From: a virus
Lineage: Duplodnaviria > Heunggongvirae > Uroviricota > Caudoviricetes
Direction: 5' to 3' (one strand)
IMG/VR virus record: IMGVR_UViG_3300042914_002848
DNA: 64,000 nt
Shown: in pieces, positions 18,131 to 27,711 of the stretch
Numbering within the stretch: position 1 is the stretch's first letter
How the letters are laid out: each line of letters starts with the position of its first letter
The notes under the pieces: model-generated
Seen by the model: the letters and a program-made list of their open reading frames with translations, nothing else
Database searches by the model: none
What the model was told of the DNA's origin: nothing
Position numbers and translations under genes: made by a program

Positions 18131-18688
18131 CTATTGGGAGAACTGGGTTAGATTGGTTAAAAACCTGTCAATTTGTGGTATATCAGATTTTAGGACAGAA
18201 ATAACCTTTTTATTCATCTCCTTTACACGCCCATCACTTACAAATGGTTTTTCAATCTTCCACCTAAATTCTTTCTTAATATACAAAGAATTATCCAATT
18301 CTCCAAAATTTTTTTGGGAAACTTCGTATATGTTTGGGTAATTAAACTGAGAAACAATATACCTTATCATATAACCACGATTATAATCTTCTGCTGTAGG
18401 TGTGGGTGTAATTGGTATAGGTGTTTTGTATTTATCCTTAAAACTATTGTTTGTTAGTTTGTCATATTCAAATATATTTTTATTGTTTGTATCACCCAAA
18501 TTTTTATAGGGGATGAGTGGCTTTGATACACCATTTAAATAGGTGGATTCGGTATATACCTCCCCCGTACTTTTATATTGATGATATGGGCCAATATATT
18601 CTTTACCATCCTCAAACATCCATTGTTTTTGTAATGAAATGCCTGATACGGAATCACCTGGTACATAATATAGTTTTTTTCTTGCCAT
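18131..18688 (-). CDS. Hypothetical protein, baseplate region
   Basis: 185-aa ORF at the end of the baseplate operon. Confidence 0.6.
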   Translation of the reverse strand: MARKKLYYVPGDSVSGISLQKQWMFEDGKEYIGPYHQYKSTGEVYTESTYLNGVSKPLIPYKNLGDTNNKNIFEYDKLTNNSFKDKYKTPIPITPTPTAEDYNRGYMIRYIVSQFNYPNIYEVSQKNFGELDNSLYIKKEFRWKIEKPFVSDGRVKEMNKKVISVLKSDIPQIDRFLTNLTQFSQ

Positions 18689-18703
18689 ATTATTAAATAT
18701 TAT

Positions 18704-20539
18704 CTAAAGACTATTAGAAATCCCACCGGCAGCAGGAGCAGCCTCTTCAGCTGTTCGTGACTCAGAGCGAGTCGGTGGTGGTATAGCAACCGCTCCAGCA
18801 ATTGGATCAAAACCCTCATTCGGCTTAGCACCATCACTTATATCAAACATCATTTGCCCTTCCAAATCCATTGTCCAGTCACCATTTGAAAATTTATGCC
18901 CTTGTTTTAAAACAATAAAATAAACATTTGCTTTAGTTAGCATTGATGGTAGCCCTTTAACTTTAAATACTTTTCCAAACAAATGGCTTGGATAACCATC
19001 AACAGTAATCGTAATGGTAACGCCATACTTATACCCAATCATTTGTGGTAATTCGGTATTACATATTTTTTTTAATGTTTGAACACAATCACCTATTATA
19101 GTTTCATCCAATTCAACAAATGATTGATACATAGTTAATAGTTGATTTTTATCTTCTTCAACCTTTGGTAAAGCTGGTTTACACCCGAAAACACCTTGAA
19201 CAACTCCTTGATTTTTTCCACTCTGTGCAGCAGATAATGCAATGGAAGCTATTTCAGAATCAATTGTTGATTGGACACTTATATTTCTAATTGTTGATTT
19301 TACATCTAATGGATTAGCATCAGTAGCATTAATTTTTTTTATAAAAGTTTTTCTATCAACTATTTCATATCCATGTTTAGTAGATTTACCAGATTGACCA
19401 TATGGTATCATTTCCAATTTAATAGATTCACCCAAACATGAGTTTATTTCATCCAAAACACGTTTAATAAATTGAATAAGTGTATTTTTGGTAGGATGTG
19501 GGTTATCGGATTTATCATCTATTAATTCTTTTTGTATTTTTTCTAATGTATCAAATGATATAAAATACATCACACCACTGCCGTCCCAACGAAAGTTTGC
19601 GCCTACGGCATAGTTAGCAGATTCACCACCACTACCTTGATTTAAAACTGAAACTGGGTTTGCTGATTTTATTTTTGTTGTAACTCTCGTTGCTGACTCA
19701 ATGTTTTTAAATATGCCCTCAAAACCATTTAGTTTTACTAAATTATCATTAATTGTTTCAATTAGTTTTGATAAAGAAACATAATAAACTTCCTTGTCCT
19801 CTTTAAAAAATATCCAACTGGTAGTATTTAATTTAAATTTTGCAACACCATATGATGCGTCACCATGTGCGTGTGTACCGTCTGGAACTTTTGGAAATTC
19901 AGTCATTGCCCTTGCTTTTAAAGCCCCTATTATAGATTGTGGTTTTAGTTGTAATGTTCCGAGTTGAGTAGTTGTATTAGACTCTTTTAAATTTAAATCA
20001 AAAGCCGTAGAAGCTTCTATTGGCAATCCTGTAAATGTAACTGAACAATCGTAATGTAATTTTTCATTTATTGAGAATTGATAATCTATTATAGTTCCAT
20101 TTATAGTAACAGAGTTTGTTTCATTTCCCGTTAACCAACCTAAAGTCAATTTAACTTTATTAAAATGTTGAAAAAATGATATATCAAAACTATCAAATTG
20201 TTCAGGACTATAACAAGTAAAACTAACCGTTGCTTTCCATAAATAACCATCATAGATATCATTTGCTCCATCGGATGACCAATCAATGGATGTTAGTGAT
20301 GGTGGTGGAACTAATCTTGGCCCAGATAAAATAGATTCATATGAATTTGATGTAACTATTTTACTCTCAATTCTTCCTGCGGTAGCACCACAAACACCCT
20401 CACCAGTAGAAGTAAATATGGCGTATGCTCGTCTTTCTGCAACAATTTTAGATGCAGATTGACCTAATTCATTATTAAAAAACACATCCGCAGGTACAGG
20501 CTCAGTTCCAAATTCTAATTTACTCTCTAATTTACTCAT
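18704..20539 (-). CDS. Putative baseplate hub/tail protein
   Basis: 611-aa beta-rich ORF directly downstream of the gp53-like LysM gene; function assigned from synteny only. Confidence 0.45.
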   Translation of the reverse strand: MSKLESKLEFGTEPVPADVFFNNELGQSASKIVAERRAYAIFTSTGEGVCGATAGRIESKIVTSNSYESILSGPRLVPPPSLTSIDWSSDGANDIYDGYLWKATVSFTCYSPEQFDSFDISFFQHFNKVKLTLGWLTGNETNSVTINGTIIDYQFSINEKLHYDCSVTFTGLPIEASTAFDLNLKESNTTTQLGTLQLKPQSIIGALKARAMTEFPKVPDGTHAHGDASYGVAKFKLNTTSWIFFKEDKEVYYVSLSKLIETINDNLVKLNGFEGIFKNIESATRVTTKIKSANPVSVLNQGSGGESANYAVGANFRWDGSGVMYFISFDTLEKIQKELIDDKSDNPHPTKNTLIQFIKRVLDEINSCLGESIKLEMIPYGQSGKSTKHGYEIVDRKTFIKKINATDANPLDVKSTIRNISVQSTIDSEIASIALSAAQSGKNQGVVQGVFGCKPALPKVEEDKNQLLTMYQSFVELDETIIGDCVQTLKKICNTELPQMIGYKYGVTITITVDGYPSHLFGKVFKVKGLPSMLTKANVYFIVLKQGHKFSNGDWTMDLEGQMMFDISDGAKPNEGFDPIAGAVAIPPPTRSESRTAEEAAPAAGGISNSL

Positions 20540-20541
20540 AA

Positions 20542-20841
20542 CTATAAATTATTTAATGCACTATATTCTTCTATGATAGATGTTATTTCAGTTGGTATTC
20601 TTATTTGTTTCCCCACAGGCACTAACAGGTCTCCTTTTCCGATATTGTTTGCCTCTGCGATTATCCACCATAAGGTTGGGTCTTTATAATATGCGTATGC
20701 CAAATTATCTAATCTATCTGAAAAAGAACCTATAATATATACATCGGTTGTTTTTTCTACTATCGTTGGATATCTAAAAGTTGGATAGTATTTTTTTCCA
20801 CTATCGGTTGATAATCTATTTGGTGTATTGTATCTGTTCAT
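20542..20841 (-). CDS. LysM-like baseplate wedge protein (gp53/tail X-like)
   Basis: DRLDNLAYAYYKDPTLWWIIAEANN...VGKQIRIP. Confidence 0.8.
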   Translation of the reverse strand: MNRYNTPNRLSTDSGKKYYPTFRYPTIVEKTTDVYIIGSFSDRLDNLAYAYYKDPTLWWIIAEANNIGKGDLLVPVGKQIRIPTEITSIIEEYSALNNL

Positions 20842-20865
20842 AGTGTTGGTTTATTATTTAAAATA

Positions 20866-23547
20866 TTATAATGCTAAAGTACCTACGGCTGTTCTACGCA
20901 TCTCTTGAATATCTTCCATAGTAGTACCCAAAACGCCCTCTCTACTTCGTTCAAAATCATAAATTTTCGTTGTGTCTGCAGTATTATGTAATGTTTTATT
21001 TAATAACTTTAATCCAATTGTAACATCTACACCCATTGGGAGTACATTATCGCTTGCCCCTTGATTTAATCCAATTTCCCAAGTAAATTCATCAGGAATT
21101 GCGTATTGTAAGGATGAAATTAGTGCAGGAAAATTCTTATACATAGTTCCTAATGTGAACTTTGTTATATTTCCACGATAACCAGAACTTACATAGGTGG
21201 GCATTGTCATTTTTCCTAATTTTTCCAATCTTACCCACATTGGTTGAAGTTCACCAACAGAATATGCGTAAACCCTAAATCCAAAGTTTAATTCTCTAGT
21301 AAATGTATCATACAAATAAGCGTTTTCTGCTCTTCCACTGTATTTTATTTCTGTCCAATTAGGTGTAAATGTTTCGCTTATTGAATTAACAGTTCCTCTG
21401 AATTGAACTCTGGTATCAATTGTTTGAAAAATAAGTGGTATTAAATCGTCATAATCGTTTTCCGCCGTGTTTGGGCCTTGGGTGTTGGTACTATTATTAT
21501 ACGATTTTCCGATTGTTGCATCAGAATTAGCAAATCCAAATTTCTTTTCTATATTAAACTCTTCATAATATTTTCCATCAGGATTATCTTTGTAATGTCT
21601 TATTTTGGCATCTAACGAAGATTTTTTTCCCGGAAACATTAGGGGTTTATCTTTATACTTAGACCTAAAATCATTATATTTAGTTTTCTTTTCTCCCAAT
21701 TTTTTAGAGAAATCACTTATTTCACTGTAATTTAAAAATTCATTATTATCAGTTATAAGCTGTGGCTTATTTTTACCAAAAGTATCAAAATTTTCAACAC
21801 CAGGAACTTTTATTAATTTGGATGTACTTCTGGTATAGGTTGTATTACCAATACCATAAACACTATCAGGCCCCCCCTTTCCATCTTTTAAAGTTAAAAA
21901 CTCATCATTTGTAATAGCAGAAAATGCAGGAGATTGAATTTCTTTTAGTAATTCCTCCAATTTAGTTTTATAACCTGTTCTAACAAAGTTTTCATAATTA
22001 CCATTATCGGGCCCAAATGGTAACAACCCATGTCTTTTAGGTTTTAATCCAATGTGTTGTCCGCCAACAGCAGCTAATAAATTTATAGGAGTCCATACTT
22101 TATTATATCTGTTGGTTCTTTGCATACCAACCTGCATTACAGACCAAACTAATCCTTTTGGTGATAGTATAAATTGCCCTATTCTTGCAACATCCACCAA
22201 TGCTCTTTCGGTTGATGTAACTACACCACCTCTGATTAAATCAATCCCCATTATACTATCAATATTTAAACCTAATCCCCACTTTTGTGGTTCTTTTTTG
22301 TTTTTTCTTTGTATTCCCCTTAAAATAAAAGGTTGTCTGAAAAATAAGGGGTATGGGTTAAAAGAATCATCTTGTAAATTAAATTGTCCATATACTTTTG
22401 TTAAGTATGATGGTGAGTTTTCTCTTATTAATAAATCACCAATACTCACATAGTTATCTTCGTATCGTTTACCGCCAGGCTGCCACTTTTGATTACCTGT
22501 ACCATAATACTTTGCAGCAGAGCCTTCTAATTTTATTTTATTTCCTGGTAAAAATGAAAGTCCAAAATCACCACCAAAGGTTACTTTGGGAGATGTAAAT
22601 GTTTCTCCACTAATACCTGTAAATTGTGATTTTGTTTTATCAACAAAGTTTTTTGTAAATCCACCCGCATCATCATTTGGAAAAAAGTTTACTAATCCCA
22701 ATTTTGAATTAAGAGTTCTTTCCGTAAAAATACTTTGGTCACGATTAATATCAACAAACTGAGATGGAACTTGTTTTATTTTAGAAGTAAACCCTTTCGC
22801 ATCTATATTTGGTATAAAATCTACATTACCTAAGTTTGGTGTTGTAAATTGTGGTGTAAATGTAAAGTTAGTTGGGGTTGTAGCTGTAAATTGTGGTGTA
22901 AATGTAAAGTTGGTTGGAGTTGTAGCTGTAAATTGTGGTGTAAATGCAAAGTTGGTTGGGGTTGTTTGTCCTTTAAACTTTTCAGTATCATCTACCTCAT
23001 TTGGCGTTGTCTGTCCTTTAAACTTTTCAGCATCATCTACCTCATTTGGCGTTGTCTGCCCTTTAAACTTTTCAGTATTATCTACTGGAGTTGGTGTTGT
23101 TTGACCTAAAAATTTAGATTCTAAACTTAATCTATTTGGGTCAGTCTCTCCCAAAAACTTTCCTTCCAATGTCATTGGAGTTGGTGAACTCAACGATGAA
23201 AAATTAAAACGAGATTCTCTCATTCGGGCCGTGAATCCATCCGCATTGGTGTTTGGAAAAAAATCAACATTACTTAATTTTGGAGTTGTAAATTCAGGAG
23301 AAAACTCAAAGTTATTTGGAGTTGTTTGGCCTTTAAACTTTTCAGTAGTATCAAATGGTTTTGGTGTTACTACACTTTTTGTCGGTGTTTCTTTCAAAGG
23401 AGCTGGAGATGTTATTCCAGCCGATAAGTTAGAAATGGGTGTAAGATTACTCTTACGAGTTATTTCAACCGACTGGTTCTCTATTATAGGTCTTTCAATA
23501 GGCCTTCTAAACTTTGATAAATCTGATTTTAATTCGGTTAATGCCAT
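20866..23547 (-). CDS. Baseplate/tail-tube initiator-like protein with repetitive N-terminal half
   Basis: C-terminal tube-like domain (QFRGTVNSISETFTPNW..YSGR..YLYDTFTRELNFGF); lies between tape measure and LysM genes. Confidence 0.6.
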   Translation of the reverse strand: MALTELKSDLSKFRRPIERPIIENQSVEITRKSNLTPISNLSAGITSPAPLKETPTKSVVTPKPFDTTEKFKGQTTPNNFEFSPEFTTPKLSNVDFFPNTNADGFTARMRESRFNFSSLSSPTPMTLEGKFLGETDPNRLSLESKFLGQTTPTPVDNTEKFKGQTTPNEVDDAEKFKGQTTPNEVDDTEKFKGQTTPTNFAFTPQFTATTPTNFTFTPQFTATTPTNFTFTPQFTTPNLGNVDFIPNIDAKGFTSKIKQVPSQFVDINRDQSIFTERTLNSKLGLVNFFPNDDAGGFTKNFVDKTKSQFTGISGETFTSPKVTFGGDFGLSFLPGNKIKLEGSAAKYYGTGNQKWQPGGKRYEDNYVSIGDLLIRENSPSYLTKVYGQFNLQDDSFNPYPLFFRQPFILRGIQRKNKKEPQKWGLGLNIDSIMGIDLIRGGVVTSTERALVDVARIGQFILSPKGLVWSVMQVGMQRTNRYNKVWTPINLLAAVGGQHIGLKPKRHGLLPFGPDNGNYENFVRTGYKTKLEELLKEIQSPAFSAITNDEFLTLKDGKGGPDSVYGIGNTTYTRSTSKLIKVPGVENFDTFGKNKPQLITDNNEFLNYSEISDFSKKLGEKKTKYNDFRSKYKDKPLMFPGKKSSLDAKIRHYKDNPDGKYYEEFNIEKKFGFANSDATIGKSYNNSTNTQGPNTAENDYDDLIPLIFQTIDTRVQFRGTVNSISETFTPNWTEIKYSGRAENAYLYDTFTRELNFGFRVYAYSVGELQPMWVRLEKLGKMTMPTYVSSGYRGNITKFTLGTMYKNFPALISSLQYAIPDEFTWEIGLNQGASDNVLPMGVDVTIGLKLLNKTLHNTADTTKIYDFERSREGVLGTTMEDIQEMRRTAVGTLAL
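22844..23105. repeat. In-frame tandem repeats: 3 x 42 bp plus about 3.5 x 45 bp
   Basis: 42-bp units start at 22844/22886/22928 (TTPTNFTFTPQFTA); 45-bp units start at 22961/23006/23051/23096 (TTPNEVDDTEKFKGQ). Confidence 0.9.
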
Positions 23548-23560
23548 TATTCATCCCCAA

Positions 23561-25672
23561 TTATTTGTTTACATAACTATTAATTGCACGAGAACCTTTA
23601 TTTATTTCACCAACAATTTTACCATTTAAGACAACATTGATTGGTTGAGATTTAATATCTGCTCTTAACCCTTTAATTTCTTCTAATAATGGGTCGGATT
23701 GTTTTGTGTTGGTTGTTGTAGTTTCGGATGAACCACCTGTTATATCGGCTCCAAATTTTGATACCAATTGCATTGCGGGTGCTGCCAATAAACCAACAAT
23801 AGCAAATTCTGCTAATTTAGCAGTAAGCATTGAAAGCCCTTCTACAAAAGCAAATGTTGCTGGTAATTGAGAAAAAATTTGAAGAGATTGTGCTATGGAT
23901 TCTAAACCTGCACCCAAAACTATCAGCGCTGCCCCCAATAGTAGAAATCCAACTACACCTGCCCCGAAAATAGCCGCGCCTGGTCCAGCAATTAATGCGC
24001 CTAATCCAAACATAGCAGCTGTAAAAACGGTCAAGGCGATGACCGCATTTAGCAACCCCCCCAATATATCATCACCAGTAAACAATTGAATTGCTTTACC
24101 CAAAACATATAATGCGGCTGCCATAACTAACATTGCTGCAGCACCTTTTAGTAAACTTGTTGCGTTAATACCACCCATAGCCTTAGCCGGCCCGGCAGCT
24201 GCTGGTTTTGGTGTGGTACTACCACCATCAGCACCACCACCGCCTCCACCCAATTTCCCAAATTTCAAATTACCCATACCAAAACTTCCAGTCATAACTT
24301 TATTAAAAATCATAGCCTGAGCAGTCATTTTTACAAGCTCTAACAGAGCAGAACCAAAACCAGCCCCAACCGATTGAACACCTGCAAACATTGCACCTAT
24401 AGCAGCGTTACCTTCTTCAACTAATTTATTATTATTTTTTTGAGCGATATTTGCGTTATACTTTGCTATTAATTCTTCTTCGCTTATTTTCAAAGTTTCT
24501 AAAAGAGTTCGTTTTTTTATTTCAGACATACCATTTAAACCACCCATTGAATCAACTTCTTTTCTTAAAAGTTTTGCGTAGTTTTCTTCTGCTTCTGCTT
24601 TATTTTTTATTCCTTCGGCAGTATCAACTGCTAATGCGGCGGACATTAATTCAGATACATTCATCTGCTTACCAGTTAGTAATGCAAGTTTATTTGCGTT
24701 ATTAATCGTACTTTCAATATCCAATACTCCTTGAGCTGACTCTAATATTTGTTTTCTGGTAGTTCCTTGTTTAACTAATGCAGCGTTGTGTTTTGCTATC
24801 AAATTTAATTCTTGCTTTGTAGCACCCAACATTAAAAATTGGTTATCAGCCATTTCCTTTGCTATTTTAGTGGCAGTAACACCCGTCTTTGAACCTATAT
24901 CTTTTAGTATAGAATCAACCTCATCAACAGCAACACCTGCATTTTGAAATGGTAGTGCTAACGCCACCGCAGATGCTGCATCACCAGTTAACTGAGAAAG
25001 TTCAGTAACACCTAAAACCATGTCATCGGTTGCCATATTAACATTACCAAATTGGTCTACCAATGCTTTTGACGCGTTTGCAAAATCTTCGCCATCATAA
25101 AATAATCCGGCCATACTAATTCGTGCTTTACCTATTTCCCCCGCCAATATAGCACCTTCTTTCGCACTTATACCCATCGTTTTATACATCTCAAACGCAG
25201 TTCCAAAAGTAGTGGAAAAGGCGTCTGATATAGCTTGTGTTGAATTTAAAAATGCTTTGGCCCCTGCTGCTAAAATACCACCTGTTTTAAAAATATCGGC
25301 TATTTCTTCGGTAGCACCGAATTGGTCTAAAACAGCATCTTTAATATCTTTTTCTAAATTTAATTGTTTTTCTTTAAGTTTTAAAAGTTCAATTTCAGCA
25401 TCAAGCCTAGCAATTGCATTTTTAGAAATTTTACGTCCAGCAGCGACTTCGTTTTCTATAAACTCATCTCTTGCTTGAACAAGTTGGGTTATTTGGTCTG
25501 ATATATCTGCCTGCCCTTTTAATGAACCAACAATATCTTTCATTTTTTGTTTTGTTGATTCGGATATATTGTTCATCCGCATAAATTCATCGGCAAGATT
25601 ATTACTCAAAGAACGAGCATCTTCTAATTGTTTAAGATAATCTTTTCCAAGCAAATCGCTATCAGCAGGCAT
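23561..25672 (-). CDS. Tape measure protein
   Basis: 703-aa Ala/Gly-rich helical protein with hydrophobic segments, downstream of tube and chaperone genes. Confidence 0.75.
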   Translation of the reverse strand: MPADSDLLGKDYLKQLEDARSLSNNLADEFMRMNNISESTKQKMKDIVGSLKGQADISDQITQLVQARDEFIENEVAAGRKISKNAIARLDAEIELLKLKEKQLNLEKDIKDAVLDQFGATEEIADIFKTGGILAAGAKAFLNSTQAISDAFSTTFGTAFEMYKTMGISAKEGAILAGEIGKARISMAGLFYDGEDFANASKALVDQFGNVNMATDDMVLGVTELSQLTGDAASAVALALPFQNAGVAVDEVDSILKDIGSKTGVTATKIAKEMADNQFLMLGATKQELNLIAKHNAALVKQGTTRKQILESAQGVLDIESTINNANKLALLTGKQMNVSELMSAALAVDTAEGIKNKAEAEENYAKLLRKEVDSMGGLNGMSEIKKRTLLETLKISEEELIAKYNANIAQKNNNKLVEEGNAAIGAMFAGVQSVGAGFGSALLELVKMTAQAMIFNKVMTGSFGMGNLKFGKLGGGGGGADGGSTTPKPAAAGPAKAMGGINATSLLKGAAAMLVMAAALYVLGKAIQLFTGDDILGGLLNAVIALTVFTAAMFGLGALIAGPGAAIFGAGVVGFLLLGAALIVLGAGLESIAQSLQIFSQLPATFAFVEGLSMLTAKLAEFAIVGLLAAPAMQLVSKFGADITGGSSETTTTNTKQSDPLLEEIKGLRADIKSQPINVVLNGKIVGEINKGSRAINSYVNK

Positions 25673-25680
25673 TTATTACT

Positions 25681-25926
25681 TTATTTAGGTTGTATATAGT
25701 TTCCATCTTCATCAAAATTAAAATACTTTTTTCTCCAATCAGGAACTTTATCCCAAGAACCATATATTTGTATTAATTGATTTTTTATATCGGAATTAAC
25801 AGCATCTAATTTTTTTCTAAGTCCTTGTACAATAGATTTTTTTGTTCTGAATAAAGAGTCAAAAATACCTTCATTCAAACCGTGCTTTTTAAACACTTCC
25901 CTAAGCTTAGATACTTTTATTTTCAT
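25681..25926 (-). CDS. Small hypothetical late protein
   Basis: Start reassigned to MKIKVSKLREVFKKHGLNE (leader shared with other late proteins); TATTTATA at 25948. Confidence 0.55.
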   Translation of the reverse strand: MKIKVSKLREVFKKHGLNEGIFDSLFRTKKSIVQGLRKKLDAVNSDIKNQLIQIYGSWDKVPDWRKKYFNFDEDGNYIQPK

Positions 25927-25947
25927 AGTTATCCCTAATTGATATAA

Positions 25948-25955
25948 TATAAATA
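25948..25955 (-). promoter_or_regulatory. Putative late promoter TATTTATA
   Basis: Exact intergenic copy. Confidence 0.55.
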
Positions 25956-25990
25956 TAGAAATACCCAATATTCCTATTGGGTATCTCATA

Positions 25991-26218
25991 CTATCTTTTT
26001 CTTGTTTGTGATTTTATTCTTGCAGCCTCTTTATCATGTGCCTTTTTTTCCTCATTCTTAAACTCAATAATTTTGGTTATGTAAAAAGTTCTCATCCACA
26101 CAGGCATATTATATACATCAGACCAGGTGAATCCACCATTGCCGTGATATATTAAATCAAAGATTTGGGAATGTAATAACTTTCTATACTCAGGTTGATG
26201 GCCAAAAAAAGGAAACAT
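25991..26218 (-). CDS. gp51-like/gpT-like tail assembly chaperone segment, possibly reached by frameshift
   Basis: QIFDLIYHGNGGFTWSDVYNMPVWMRTFY; overlaps the 3' end of the upstream gene in the +1 frame. Confidence 0.6.
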   Translation of the reverse strand: MFPFFGHQPEYRKLLHSQIFDLIYHGNGGFTWSDVYNMPVWMRTFYITKIIEFKNEEKKAHDKEAARIKSQTRKR

Positions 26219-27062
26219 CCATAGGTAGACTGATTTCCCTCCTCTCCCCGGTTTCATCGGAAATAAACTCATACATCAAGTCTATATCAGGTGTTACCTC
26301 ATTTATATATTTTCTTAGCTCCTTTGAATCTCTTGCAAATAACTCATTGTCTACAAAGTGATTTATTTTTTGTTGGTTGTATTCCCCATCAACTGAAAGA
26401 ATTATTGTTTTTAATCTTGTAGTTAATTCTCGTGAAACATCATCCTTCAATTTTTTATTAACCCTTTTTAATTCTTCCAAATCATATTTTACTTTTCGTT
26501 CCTTTGATTCTGTCATTGCCATAAAAGTAATCTTGCGTTTTGAAGCGGGTAATTCAAACTCAAATTCGTTTTTGTTTAATTCCACCTGAGCCGAACCATC
26601 GTATGGTTTATTTTCAAATTGAGTTAAATCAATACTCTCTTTTTGTTTTTTATTTGTAAATGGGTCGGTAATCTCAACCTCATAATCTTTACCATAACCT
26701 AAGATGCGGCTTGCAATCATTATTGCGTTTTTATCACCTACTGATAAATCAACATACTTAATAGGTTCACCATTTCCATTTGATACAATAAGCGATTGGA
26801 ATAACTTATCCAACACCGAACCATCTTTAATGTAAGATTGGGTAGTTAAAATATCCTCTTCCTTTGCAGTCATATATTTTAATTCCACCTTACCTGATGA
26901 TAGGGGGTTATCCTTACTATAAATTAAACCTCGTGAAGGTAATTCTATAATTTCAGTTGGAAAATTGTGCTCTTTTAGTTTTTGGGTTTCGTAGGCTTGT
27001 TTAATACTATCTACAACCTCTTTATTACTTTGTTGATAATCATCCGTTAGATTTTGGCTCAT
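26190..27062 (-). CDS. T4 gp26-like baseplate hub assembly/tail chaperone
   Basis: IELPSRGLIY, VELKYMTAKEEDIL, GDKNAIMIASRILGYGKDY, ends in FFWP. Confidence 0.75.
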   Translation of the reverse strand: MSQNLTDDYQQSNKEVVDSIKQAYETQKLKEHNFPTEIIELPSRGLIYSKDNPLSSGKVELKYMTAKEEDILTTQSYIKDGSVLDKLFQSLIVSNGNGEPIKYVDLSVGDKNAIMIASRILGYGKDYEVEITDPFTNKKQKESIDLTQFENKPYDGSAQVELNKNEFEFELPASKRKITFMAMTESKERKVKYDLEELKRVNKKLKDDVSRELTTRLKTIILSVDGEYNQQKINHFVDNELFARDSKELRKYINEVTPDIDLMYEFISDETGERREISLPMDVSFFWPST

Positions 27063-27079
27063 AACTTTTCTCCTTTATA

Positions 27080-27087
27080 TATAAATA
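27080..27087 (-). promoter_or_regulatory. Putative late promoter TATTTATA
   Basis: Exact copy followed by an AAGGAG SD. Confidence 0.6.
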
Positions 27088-27107
27088 CAAAATTGAGATA
27101 TTTTTAA

Positions 27108-27138
27108 TAAAACAAAAACCCCCCAAAATTGGGGGGTT
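27108..27138 (-). terminator. Intrinsic terminator after tail tube gene
   Basis: Sense AACCCCCC-AATTTT-GGGGGGTT followed by TTTGTTTT. Confidence 0.85.
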
Positions 27139-27179
27139 CACATTTTTCAATTTATATTTTTTACAATCCGAAAAATCAA

Positions 27180-27671
27180 TTAATATTGTAGCACGGCGTA
27201 ATCATAGGATAATCCCAATTCCACATTTGCTAATTCTGAATCTGATGTATAATCCATATCTGAAAATTTGGCTCTAGTAATAAAAGCCCCCTTCAATGTC
27301 CATTCTTCAACTTTATCGCCAACCGGCCCTAATGAATTAAATGTAATCTCTTTTTTATAAAAATCAGAATAACCATCTCTACCTGTTACTGATTCGTGAT
27401 GTAGGCGAACCCATTCCATAACGGCTTGTGCGCCAGATGGAACAATCGGGTCATAAAGTGTAATGGTTAATTCCTGCCATTCAGACCTACCCTTTACATA
27501 TCTCCTAACATTGACATGGTCAACTGTTATTCTATTTTGTTGTAGTTCAGGCCTATTTGCTGCTTTAATTAAATACGCAGGAATTCCCTCAATATACATA
27601 ATAAATCGATTAGCAACTTTGGGTTCAAAGTTGGTAAACATTATTTCTTGAGGTGTTAATAATTGTGCCAT
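27180..27671 (-). CDS. gp19: Tail tube protein
   Basis: FEPKVANRF, W..LTITLYDP, GRDGYSDFYKK, LSYDYA. Confidence 0.9.
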   Translation of the reverse strand: MAQLLTPQEIMFTNFEPKVANRFIMYIEGIPAYLIKAANRPELQQNRITVDHVNVRRYVKGRSEWQELTITLYDPIVPSGAQAVMEWVRLHHESVTGRDGYSDFYKKEITFNSLGPVGDKVEEWTLKGAFITRAKFSDMDYTSDSELANVELGLSYDYAVLQY

Positions 27672-27689
27672 TTATTTCTCCTAATTTAC

Positions 27690-27697
27690 TATAAATA
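27690..27697 (-). promoter_or_regulatory. Putative late promoter TATTTATA
   Basis: Exact copy followed by an AGGAGA SD. Confidence 0.6.
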
Positions 27698-27711
27698 TAC
27701 CCTATCCGAAA

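Noticed and set aside
22844-23105. Tandem repeats as CRISPR or origin iterons
   Set aside because: No unique spacers; units are multiples of 3 within an ORF.
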